In this document: piece by piece, positions 54,976 through 64,000 of the stretch
How the letters are laid out: each line of letters opens with the position of its first letter
Numbering within the stretch: position 1 is the stretch's first letter
Source: Candidatus Marinacidobacterales bacterium
GTDB lineage: Bacteria; Acidobacteriota; Vicinamibacteria; Marinacidobacterales; DATDRI01
Direction: 5' to 3'
Length of the DNA: 64,000 nucleotides
Assembly: GCA_965219415.1 (NCBI GenBank)
Contig: CBDCNP010000002.1
Span: 4,320,001 to 4,384,000, forward strand
Notes under the pieces: generated by a model
Database searches by the model: none
Told to the model about the DNA's origin: nothing
Seen by the model: only the letters and a program-made list of their open reading frames with translations
Translations under genes and position numbers: made by a program

Positions 54976-56400
54976 CTAGGGCATGGTCGCTAGCCGGGAA
55001 GCGCCAATCAGGGTAGCCGGAGAGAAACCGAAGCGCCCCCATCGTGGCAATATTCTTGAATTGTTCTGGTAGCTTGCGAGCAGTCGTTCTAACGCCTCTT
55101 GGTCTTCGGTCCCCAACACAACCCTTACCCGCGCGAAGTAGCTTTTGGAAACGGACCGCGCAAAAATCTCAAAGGGGCTACCGAAGCGATCCGCGTAGAT
55201 TAGAGTCTCCGGCCACCAGTCGCCTGACTCCAGCTCCGCACGCATGAACGCAACGAAATCCGCTTGCATCAGATAGCGGAAGTCCATTCCCGTACCTTGA
55301 CACCGTTCCTTTAGCAGGTCAGCTCGAAGCGACACACGCCCCAGCTTCATTCTGTTGTTGCGATGTTCGAGTGACTTCAGATGCTCTTGAAATACGGAAA
55401 ACCCTGCCATCACATCGGCTCCAGACGCCGAGCGCTCTGGACAATAGTAGGGAGTTGCAAGGAACAGGTTCGCCTCGTCGAATCGCTCGTGCTTCAGAAA
55501 GACACCAAGGGCACAGAGGAACAGCTCGTGGATAACGAATCTGAAGTTATCGAAATCCCCCTCTTTCCACGAGCTTATCTCTTGTGGCCTGTTCATGTAA
55601 GGAACCAGGCTCTCTAACAATCTGTGAAGCCGCCGCACGAAATTCGCACCGGGAGCGTGACGGGCGACTGCGGTAAAGACCTGAAGCAATTCGTTGCGGT
55701 AGGGGAGAAACTCTGCAATGCTCTTAACGACCGCTTCGTCAAAGTCGCCTTCGGCGTCTACAATCCTGAACCGTTCAAGATTTGATGTCACCAAGTCACA
55801 GTACTCATCAAGTAAACCCTCTGCGTGTGCCTTGTGATTAGTCAGACCATCGAGACATCGCCTGAACAACGCCGTGGAGCCGAGTGACACGTGATCACCC
55901 TCAGAGACGAACGTGGGACGTGTTCCAAGCTCTGGGCGCCTATAGAGTGGTTTGTTGAAGATCCATCTAAGCAGTTGTTCGAACTCGTCGGAGTACCGAT
56001 CGGGCTCACTGAGATCGATGTAGATGCGTGACTTGTAGTACGTCGGAAGGTAAGGCTCGCCGTCCGGACTCCTTTCCATCACAACAGCAACGAACTTGTC
56101 TTGAGCTTGCTTGTCATACACCTCCTTGGAGACGATTTGTGTTTCGGTTCCTACCCCTCCTTCTCGACCGTCAGCCTTAGTGGCATATGTTTCGTCGCAA
56201 ACAATGGCGACCTTTGCGACTTCTGGGTCGGTGACCATCCGTTCCATAAACGCGACGGCGTCGTGGCCCTCCTTTAGATCCCATTTGTCAAGGATCACGT
56301 CGACGCCCGACTGGCGAAGTTCGGTGGCCAGTTCTAGCACGCGCTGCTCGTGCGGTGAGTTGGACCAGCTATACGAGACGAAGAGTTTCGGAGCACTCAC
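54976..56400 (-). CDS. TIR/SEFIR-domain protein
   Basis: KLFVSYSW..HEQRVLELATEL..GVDVILDKWDL..FME..GGVGTE; GTG start overlaps the upstream stop. Confidence 0.88.
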   Translation of the reverse strand: MSAPKLFVSYSWSNSPHEQRVLELATELRQSGVDVILDKWDLKEGHDAVAFMERMVTDPEVAKVAIVCDETYATKADGREGGVGTETQIVSKEVYDKQAQDKFVAVVMERSPDGEPYLPTYYKSRIYIDLSEPDRYSDEFEQLLRWIFNKPLYRRPELGTRPTFVSEGDHVSLGSTALFRRCLDGLTNHKAHAEGLLDEYCDLVTSNLERFRIVDAEGDFDEAVVKSIAEFLPYRNELLQVFTAVARHAPGANFVRRLHRLLESLVPYMNRPQEISSWKEGDFDNFRFVIHELFLCALGVFLKHERFDEANLFLATPYYCPERSASGADVMAGFSVFQEHLKSLEHRNNRMKLGRVSLRADLLKERCQGTGMDFRYLMQADFVAFMRAELESGDWWPETLIYADRFGSPFEIFARSVSKSYFARVRVVLGTEDQEALERLLASYQNNSRILPRWGRFGFSPATLIGASRLATMP

Positions 56401-56714
56401 GAGCAGCCACCTGATACGCAACCGAGAGAATAGGAGGGGCCAGTGGCGATCGGCACCGCCGAGAGACACCCGTGGGGTGCGAAGTCGTCTTGGGGTAGAT
56501 GCCAGTCGCTCACGCGAGCACCGCTTTCTGGCCGGTTTTCATTGATGTTTTGTGCGCCGTCGGTATTAGGGTGCGCCGCGAGGCGATCAGCCAAGATATG
56601 GTGTTGCTTAGTACGCTCCTCAGCGATAAGCGCCTCAAGGGACTTCCGAGACAGAGCATGGTCTCCTCGGGCGCCAGTGCGTACGAGATCAAGTAGCAGA
56701 TCGGCTCGTGCCAT
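56397..56714 (-). pseudogene. N-terminus of an IetA-like AAA ATPase, remainder deleted
   Basis: MARADLLLDLVRTG..LIAEERTKQHHILADRL; no Walker motifs remain. Confidence 0.65.
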
Positions 56715-57506
56715 TAGTAACCCTCCGTCGAAGACCCGCTGGTGGCTTCAAAAGAAGATGAGGGCTCACAAAAATTAGTCATCAATCAAACCAAGTTCCC
56801 TGAGCGGTTCAAGGACGCCGTTCTTCAGCTTGTTTTTGTAGAATCTGCTCTTCGGTTTCGCTTTGGTGTCGATGGAGACTTCACCCGCCACGTCCGCAAG
56901 GTTGAACTGCCTGTGATCCGCAAAAAAGAAGATCGCGTACCGCTGGATCGACTTTTTGCGGAGCACAAGTGCCAGCGGCCTCACCGACACCTCAGAACCG
57001 AATTCTAACGCCTCCGCCCACCCGGAATCCACCGGCAGTTATGTCTATGGGCTCCCCGCCCTCGCGCATCACTTCGATGCTGGCCTTACTGAATCGCGCC
57101 ATGAAGGAAAACCCAAACGATTCAGTCAGATAGTACGCAAAGGTGGCTCCAGCGTGAAACCCCAGAGCACTCTTGTTGGCGGTCACACGACTGACGGATA
57201 CTAGGGAAATCTCGTCAAACGGGTATTCAGATTCTACCCTTCCGGTATTCAGGAGTTCAGTCTCTACGTCAAAAAAGCTCGGACCGGCAAACAGGATCTA
57301 GTTCAACGTCCGACACCACGAGTAGATAGGCAACGCCGAAGTGAGTCGATAATTCCGAGTACCTCAGCCCTTCGATCTCCATGTGATCCGTGCCATGCTT
57401 GTTGAACAGAAGGGGGTGAGGGGTCGAAACATCAAACGTCCCGACGTATTCTGCCTCCATGAGCTCGAAACTCCAGACGAACGCTTCGATATTCGCTCTC
57501 GACTAG

Positions 57507-58878
57507 GAGCTACCCTCAGAAGGTGTGGAAATAAAGTAAAGGCGGAGTAACCTTCCGCGTCACGAAACACGGCCTGAAGGGGCCAACGGAAGGAGACACC
57601 GCCATGAAGGAAAAGACCACAGGACGACGGAGCTCGTCAAGGGTGGCTTGGGAGTCGCTGGAGAAGTGGGCGAGGCTTGAGATCCAGGATTGGGTGCAGG
57701 AGCTGATGGTAGCCGAAGTCACGGAGCTTCTCGGGCGTGAGAAATCGGAGAGACGGAAGCCCGTGGACACAACGGCGGGCTATCGAAATGGATACGGTAA
57801 GCCTCGGAAGCTGACGATGAGCGTGGGCACAGTGACGGTTCGCCGGCCGAGAGTACGGGACGTGGAGGAGAGGTTCGAAAGTCGAGTGCTTCCGCTGTTC
57901 AAGCGTCGGAGCGAAACGGTGAGCGAGTTGATTCCGGAGCTGTACCTGCATGGACTAGCTCACGGAAATTTCGATCTGGCGCTCCGCGGGCTTCTAGGGG
58001 AGGACGCTCCACTTTCTCCCAGCACGGTGTCGCGGCTGAAACAGAAATGGCAGGGAGAGTACGAGCAGTGGCTAGCTCGCCCACTGGACGAACTCGAGCT
58101 CGTGTCCCTGTGGGTAGATGGCGTGTACGTGAAGGCCGGCCTTGAGAAGGACAAGGCGGCGGTGCTAGTTGCGGTTGGTGGCCTGTCCGACGGGACGAAA
58201 ATCGTCCTGACGCTGGAGGCCGGGCATCGAGAATCCGAAGCGTCATGGTCGTCGCTGCTACGGAGACTGAAGAAGCGCGGTCTGAGATGTCCCCGTTTGG
58301 TGATCGGTGACGGTCATCTCGGCATCTGGGCCGCGACCCGAAACGTATTTCCAGAAGCTGAGGAACAGCGGTGCTGGAACCACCGAATCCTCAACGTACT
58401 GGACCGGATTCCGAAAAGGGACCAGGCGCAGGCCAAGCCGCTGTTGACGGCGATCCCCTACGCCACCAGCCTGCAGGAGTGCGAGACGAAGAAGGCCAAG
58501 TTCCAGGATTGGTGCTTGCGCAAGGGTCTTCCGGGGGCCGCGCACGTGCTCGACGAGGACTGGGAGCGGATGGTCAGCTTCTATTCCTTTCCCAAGCCTC
58601 ACTGGCAACACCTTCGCACGAGCAACGTCGTGGAGTCACCGTTCGCTGCACTGAGATTGAGAACGGATGCGGCCAAAAGGTTCAAGAAAGTCGAGTCCGC
58701 CACTGCGACAATCTTCAAACTGCTTCTGGTTGCGGAGAAGAATTTTCGCCGGCTCAACGCACCGGAGCTGATGCGAGAGGTTCACCTGGGCGTTCGATTT
58801 GAAGATGGAGACAGGGTAACGGAGTCGTCGAAGGTTGCTGCTGCCTGAACTTTTTTACACACCTATTGACAAGAGCTC
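57507..58878 (+). mobile_element. IS256-family element with 8-bp TSD
   Basis: TSD TCGACTAG at 57499-57506 and 58879-58886; imperfect TIRs. Confidence 0.9.
57604..58848 (+). CDS. IS256 transposase
   Basis: GYRNGYG, WVDG, IGDGHLG, QRCWNH, RTSNVVESPF. Confidence 0.95.
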   Translation: MKEKTTGRRSSSRVAWESLEKWARLEIQDWVQELMVAEVTELLGREKSERRKPVDTTAGYRNGYGKPRKLTMSVGTVTVRRPRVRDVEERFESRVLPLFKRRSETVSELIPELYLHGLAHGNFDLALRGLLGEDAPLSPSTVSRLKQKWQGEYEQWLARPLDELELVSLWVDGVYVKAGLEKDKAAVLVAVGGLSDGTKIVLTLEAGHRESEASWSSLLRRLKKRGLRCPRLVIGDGHLGIWAATRNVFPEAEEQRCWNHRILNVLDRIPKRDQAQAKPLLTAIPYATSLQECETKKAKFQDWCLRKGLPGAAHVLDEDWERMVSFYSFPKPHWQHLRTSNVVESPFAALRLRTDAAKRFKKVESATATIFKLLLVAEKNFRRLNAPELMREVHLGVRFEDGDRVTESSKVAAA

Positions 58879-59909
58879 TCGACTAGGTAGTCATCTGCAT
58901 GGTGACGACCCGCCCGCCCAAGACGATTGTAAAGCCCACGGCCCTTGGCCCGGTCGCAAACACAGACACTAAGTTGCTGATTTATGGCCTATTTCAAAAG
59001 GGCCGAGTTTTGGCACAGGACGGGATTCGAGCGGACGTCGACGGCGACGGTCGCACGGAGTACGTGCCTCATGACGATCAAACCGGCCCGCGCCCGCCGG
59101 AGCATTCCTACGTGCTCTTCGCGACGGGCAGTCCGACCACGGAGCTCGGCACGACGCGGCGCTTCTACTTCGGCGGCAACATTTACGAAGGCTGGTCCAC
59201 CAGAAGAAAAGCGAAATGGCTCAACGCGGTCCGAAGAGATGAATGAATGAGCCAACGGGCAAAATCCCGCTTTGGTGCCCAGAATCCCCGCCAATCCTCA
59301 CTTTTGACCAAAAAGTAGCAAAAATGCTGAAGGCACCCGATGTTCTGCGGAGTATTCAGAAGGCGCTATTGGCGGCGGGTCATCCAGTAGACGAGTTCGG
59401 GCATCCGCGTCCGACTGCATAGAGTCCGTGTCCGCCCCGCCTATCGCGGAGCACCCGTGGCCGAATCACGGCGGAGGACAACGATGGAGCCTGACCAGAA
59501 GCCCGCTGCGCTGGATGGTTCCCCCGCTGATGCTCAGGGTGCCGACTATAGTAATGATGAAGGACACGCAACCGATCCACTGATGGGTGCTTCCGCAGTC
59601 AAGTGTTGGCGGCCGTCGCGTAACCTGTTCGCGTGCTAGAGTTTTAGCCTGATTTCGATAGACGCAGTTCTTTCGTCGATGCCGGCTGGGCCGAGTTTTG
59701 GCACAGGACGCGGTGGGCGTTCGAGCCGGATTCGAGTTGGGCTTCAATCCGCTTCTCTCGATGGCAACCTCAACCTCCTGGACGCCTGAAAGACGGGTGT
59801 TCACGATGGCTGAAATACACAACCGCCTCGGTCGGATCGTTCTAGAAGTCGCGATATCCTCCACTTGCTACAGAGGCAGACACCAGGTAGGGTATGCGCA
59901 AGTTTGGAT

Positions 59910-62603
59910 ATGACGTCGCCAGCACCATCCGCTGCCTTGTTGAGACCAGATTCGCTCCAAGCGCTGCTCCGTTTGTGCGGGTATCGGCCGAGCCTCCTTA
60001 GAAACGATTTTCCCTTTGACGACCATCTGACGGTTCCGCTGGTTGGCTTCGCGCAATCTCCTGTGGACTCGCGGTCGGCTTGCGTTGCGGTTCTTTCGAC
60101 TACCTCTGAACCTCGTCAGGCCGTAGAAGCCTGCAGGCTTCTCGGAGCCCCGCTTGTTTTCGTCTGCATTGCGGACACACTGCAATGGTGGAAGCAAGGG
60201 ACGCAGTCAGCGGAACTGCTTGAGAGCATACCGGCACAGCAGGTTGCCAATTTTTTCAAACGACATGCCGACGAGTTGTCACCCAGCGCAATCTATCGCG
60301 CGAAAACGTGGGGACGCTTTCAAAGTCAGCACCAATTGGCGTTCGTCGACCTTGGTCTGATGCCGTTGGTCGAAGAGGAAGTAGGGCGAGCCATAGGGCG
60401 CCTTATTGAGCGTAACGTCGTTGATCTCAAGCGCAGATTGGGGTGGCATGATGTGTCGAGTTCTCAGGGGCATTGGCTCTTGAAAGTCATTTTTTGGCTT
60501 CTCTCTGGAAAAATTCTCCGGGATAAAGAAATCCCGAATTTCCAGGACCTCGATCTCCATGACGTCAGAACCGTCTTTGCCCGGGTGGCGAGCCATTACG
60601 GAAGCGACCCCATTGAAATCGAATCGGAGAAGAAACTCGAAGCTCTCAACGAATCTGCCCGCGTTTTCGACGAGTTCAGCCGCCTCACGCTAACGACGAC
60701 AGAAGCGTTGGCGTACGTCTACGAGAACACGCTCGTCTCAAAAGACACACGTTCTTCGTTGGGAACGCATAGTACGCCATCCTTTCTTGTGGACTACATC
60801 GTGGGCAACTTGGCCGATTGGATAGAGGAAATACCAGTCAACGACAGAAGCGTCTTCGAGCCCGCGTGTGGTCATGCAGCGTTTCTTGTTTCAGCCATGC
60901 GTCTGTTGACCGAGCTGCTCCCGCCTGAAAAGGCGACACCAAGCCGTCGAGGCCCCTATTTGAGACGTCGTCTCCACGGCACCGAAATAGATGCTTTTGC
61001 TCTCGAACTCGCCCGCCTTTCGCTCACGCTTACGGACATTCCGAATCCGGACGGGTGGGACTTGAAGGTCGAAGACATGTTTGTTGGGAACACTCTCTCA
61101 GAGCAGGCACGGCGCAACACCATACTTCTAGCGAATCCGCCCTTCGGTAATTTTACGCCTCAACGTCGTGACCGATATCGACAACAAGGAACAAACATTG
61201 GTGTCGTCAATCAGGCGAGTGAAATGCTTCGGCGTGCCATCCCGGAACTACGATCCGGTAGCGTGTTCGGCGTCGTCGTGCCGCAGACGTTTCTTCACAG
61301 TGCATACGGCGAGAATGTTCGACAATTGCTTGTCGAAACATGTGAACTGGCCGAAATTTCTCTATTCCCTGACAAAGTCTTCTCCTTTTCAGATGCCGAA
61401 TCCGCAGTTCTTCTTGGTCGTCGTCGTCACCGTTCCAAGTTCCGTCGTGCCTCCGTGTCGCGACTTGAGCCCGACCCTAATTACTACTGTCAATCGGTTC
61501 GTTACCGCCGCGTTCGCGAACACGAAATGGAAGCGTTCCGAACCTCCTACCAAGCCTCGACCGGAAGACCCGTTCGGCAGGCACGGTTCTCGGAGGAAGA
61601 TCGATGGAACCTACGCCTTCCCGAACTGGAATCAGTTTGGCAAGCCCTGAGCCACTTGCCACCGATTGCCGCTGTTGCCACACTGGGACAGGGGTTGTTC
61701 TTTCGCGGAAAAGACTTACCCTCTGGAGTCCCAACCTCTTCGAATGAGCCTTTCCGCGGAGCGCAGCCGGGATACACTCGACTTGGGCGTGGCATTCAAC
61801 TGCATGAGCATCCGACGCGCTCTTGGCTAAATCTGGCGGATGAAGCAATAGATCGACGCGTAGCTGGTGCGACAATCGGGGTCTCGCAGGTGCTACTGAA
61901 CTACGCCCCAGTGAGCAGAGGTCCATGGCGACTCAAGGCGCTTATCGACCGAGCGGGACACCCAGTCACGAACCGGTTCATTACCGTTCGGCCAAACTCC
62001 TGCTCGATCGAAGTGCTCTGGGCTATCTTGAATTCACCCGTCGCTAATGCGTATGCTTTCGTTTACCTAGGGAAACGAGACAACATAGTCGGTAAGGTCC
62101 GGAACATTCCGTTTCCATCGGCCACGAATTTGCGGGCAGTCGAAATGGCTGTGGCCGCATACCTAGACTCTGCGAGGGCGAACACGGACGCGACGATACT
62201 TCGCACCCTGATGCTCGAAATCGACGCTGAAGTCCTAAAGGCCTACGCACTACCCGTGCAGCTGGAGCGATCACTGCTAGATTTGTTTTCAGGGTACAGA
62301 CGTGTTGGTGTTCCCTTCGAGATGAACCGCTACTTCCCTAGAGCGCTCAGCCATCCAATGCGGCTCGCCGACTATTTGAAATTCTCTGAAGATTGGGAAA
62401 GAACAAATCGCGAACGACACACGCTAGTACACAAAGAACTCGAGAGAACGCTGAGCGACGAAGATAAGATTCGACTCGATGCGCTGCAGGCGTACGCGGA
62501 CTACCACCTCGACCGAGTTGCTCCTCGGCCTTTCAGTGTTCTCGATGAAGTAGAAGGGCTCATCGTTTCACGCAAAGACTCTCGGGAACGACAGACGGAA
62601 TGA
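59910..62603 (+). CDS. Large N6-adenine DNA methyltransferase with TRD (Type IIG/Eco57I-like architecture)
   Basis: LGTHSTP, FEPACGHAAFL, HGTEID, LANPPF, GVVVPQTFL, LWAILNS. Confidence 0.88.
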   Translation: MTSPAPSAALLRPDSLQALLRLCGYRPSLLRNDFPFDDHLTVPLVGFAQSPVDSRSACVAVLSTTSEPRQAVEACRLLGAPLVFVCIADTLQWWKQGTQSAELLESIPAQQVANFFKRHADELSPSAIYRAKTWGRFQSQHQLAFVDLGLMPLVEEEVGRAIGRLIERNVVDLKRRLGWHDVSSSQGHWLLKVIFWLLSGKILRDKEIPNFQDLDLHDVRTVFARVASHYGSDPIEIESEKKLEALNESARVFDEFSRLTLTTTEALAYVYENTLVSKDTRSSLGTHSTPSFLVDYIVGNLADWIEEIPVNDRSVFEPACGHAAFLVSAMRLLTELLPPEKATPSRRGPYLRRRLHGTEIDAFALELARLSLTLTDIPNPDGWDLKVEDMFVGNTLSEQARRNTILLANPPFGNFTPQRRDRYRQQGTNIGVVNQASEMLRRAIPELRSGSVFGVVVPQTFLHSAYGENVRQLLVETCELAEISLFPDKVFSFSDAESAVLLGRRRHRSKFRRASVSRLEPDPNYYCQSVRYRRVREHEMEAFRTSYQASTGRPVRQARFSEEDRWNLRLPELESVWQALSHLPPIAAVATLGQGLFFRGKDLPSGVPTSSNEPFRGAQPGYTRLGRGIQLHEHPTRSWLNLADEAIDRRVAGATIGVSQVLLNYAPVSRGPWRLKALIDRAGHPVTNRFITVRPNSCSIEVLWAILNSPVANAYAFVYLGKRDNIVGKVRNIPFPSATNLRAVEMAVAAYLDSARANTDATILRTLMLEIDAEVLKAYALPVQLERSLLDLFSGYRRVGVPFEMNRYFPRALSHPMRLADYLKFSEDWERTNRERHTLVHKELERTLSDEDKIRLDALQAYADYHLDRVAPRPFSVLDEVEGLIVSRKDSRERQTE

Positions 62604-63196
62604 ATGGATATGACTATCCTTCCGGACCACATGTCCGGCGTCATGGCCCACAAGGCTATCGTAATTATGAGAGCTACAGAGACTGGCTTCGTGACGAATT
62701 CATGTTTCGTTGCGTCTATTGTCTTCAGCGCGAGCAATGGTATGGCCGAAGCGGAGCATTTCACATCGATCACTTCGTTCCAGTTTCGGTAGATCCTGGG
62801 AAAAAATGCGAGTACTCGAACGTACTCTATGCTTGTTCGGCATGCAACGAAGCCAAAGGTGACGCGGTCGGCATGCCCAACCCATGCGATGTCACGCTCT
62901 CAAAGAGTCTACGTGTCAAGAACGATGGGTCCATCAAGCCGCTCAATCGTGACGGTGAATTGCTCGTTCGGATACTGCGTCTTAACAGCGAGTCGAACGT
63001 ACGCTATCGCTCACAATGGATGCGAAAATTACGGACCCTTCGCGAGTTCAATCGAGAGCTTTACGAGGAATTCCTAGGGTTTCCGGAAAACCTGCCTGAT
63101 TTACGAAGGAAGCGCGTTAAGAATACGAAGCCAAACGGGGCACAGAACTGCTATTTCGCTCTGAGGGAACGAGGAGAACTTCCTAGAGTCTACTGA
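62600..63196 (+). CDS. HNH endonuclease
   Basis: RCVYC, HIDHFVP, NVLYACSACNEAKG; ATGA overlap with the MTase. Confidence 0.92.
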   Translation: MNGYDYPSGPHVRRHGPQGYRNYESYRDWLRDEFMFRCVYCLQREQWYGRSGAFHIDHFVPVSVDPGKKCEYSNVLYACSACNEAKGDAVGMPNPCDVTLSKSLRVKNDGSIKPLNRDGELLVRILRLNSESNVRYRSQWMRKLRTLREFNRELYEEFLGFPENLPDLRRKRVKNTKPNGAQNCYFALRERGELPRVY

Positions 63197-63299
63197 GACG
63201 ACTCCGTCGGGTTGGACCTGCGAGCGAGAACCGATACCGCAGCCTGCCATACGGGTCGACCTTTGAACCATTTTCAAGCGGCTCGACGTCAATGCCCAC

Positions 63300-63462
63300 C
63301 TTCAGAATTAGTCCGATCCACAGGACTGGTTCAGCCCGCATCCCTTCAATCCCATGCGGCTGAAAGCGCTTGAAGTCTTCACCAAGGGCCAGCCCTACCG
63401 CGAGCTGATCGGCTCCAACGGAGGAACCCTCACTGCCGACGAAGTCGCCGATCAGGTGACCG
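63300..63462 (+). pseudogene. M48-like metallopeptidase C-terminal fragment
   Basis: DWFSPHPFNPMRLKAL. Confidence 0.5.
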
Positions 63463-63463
63463 C

Positions 63464-63779
63464 GTCCTGTGCCAAAACTCGGCCCTCTTGAAATAGCCGA
63501 TAAATCAGCAGCTTAGCGTCTGTGTTTTGCGACGGTGCCAAGGGCTGTGGGCTTTACAATCGTCTGGCCCGAGGGTGTTATCTTCGGATCCATCATGACG
63601 TACCATGTGCAAATCCTACTGTTGGTCAGGCAGCCGTTGTTCGATCGGGCAGCCCTGCTGCTCACACAGACCTCATGGGTGCTTCCGCCATTAAGTGTTG
63701 GTAAAATGACGCTAAGACTTTACAGTGCATTAAATTACAGCCATGGTCTTTCAAAAGGGCCGAGTTTTGGCACAGGACG
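63464..63779. mobile_element. Composite MITE bounded by inverted family D ends, containing half an IS1-MITE
   Basis: CGTCCTGTGCCAAAACTCGGCCC at both ends; the first ~280 bp duplicate ~34996-35275. Confidence 0.75.
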
Positions 63780-64000
63780 GGAGCGGGATCCGAGCCTTAC
63801 ACAACAGGAGGCGTTGGCTCGCATCGTCGAAGAACTACGCGAGCTGCGGGAGCGATCCGCCGATCATGAGGACCAGCTCACCGGTCTAAAGAGTTATGGC
63901 GATATGGCCCGGCTGAACCCCGCAGGCCTTACAGGTATAGCGCGCCCTGGCTCGGGCCTCAGCGAGTCTAGTGACTTGTCTCGCGCCCTAGAAGGAGCCT

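Overview
GC-rich bacterial accessory region. The gene content (GT-C glycosyltransferases, glycine-zipper exported protein, rve-type IS) suggests Acidobacteriota, which is an inference. The window is dominated by nested IS elements, IS-end remnants and MITEs. These include IS1 plus a 166-bp IS1-type MITE in 8 full copies, three intact IS256, ISL3, IS3 pieces, IS5, an IS110/IS1111 element, and about six subfamilies of poorly classified rve (IS481/IS3-like) elements. Cargo at about 4.5-33 kb is surface glycosylation: GDP-fucose synthase, SAM and FkbM methyltransferases, GT2, three GT-C-type membrane proteins, an SGNH hydrolase and a GMC oxidoreductase. Cargo at about 38-63 kb is a decayed defence island with scattered metabolic genes: truncated Type ISP RM, GHKL/MORC, STAND and IetA remnants, an intact TIR/SEFIR protein and an intact m6A-MTase + HNH pair. 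The best-supported highlight is the IS110 element, which sits inside the terminal repeat of IS1; its 3' noncoding RNA carries visible guide segments matching both that IS1 end and its own circle junction. The best novel-system candidate is the MTase-HNH operon at 59910-63196. No CRISPR array, rRNA or tRNA was seen. All calls come from reading motifs by eye; no database searches were run.
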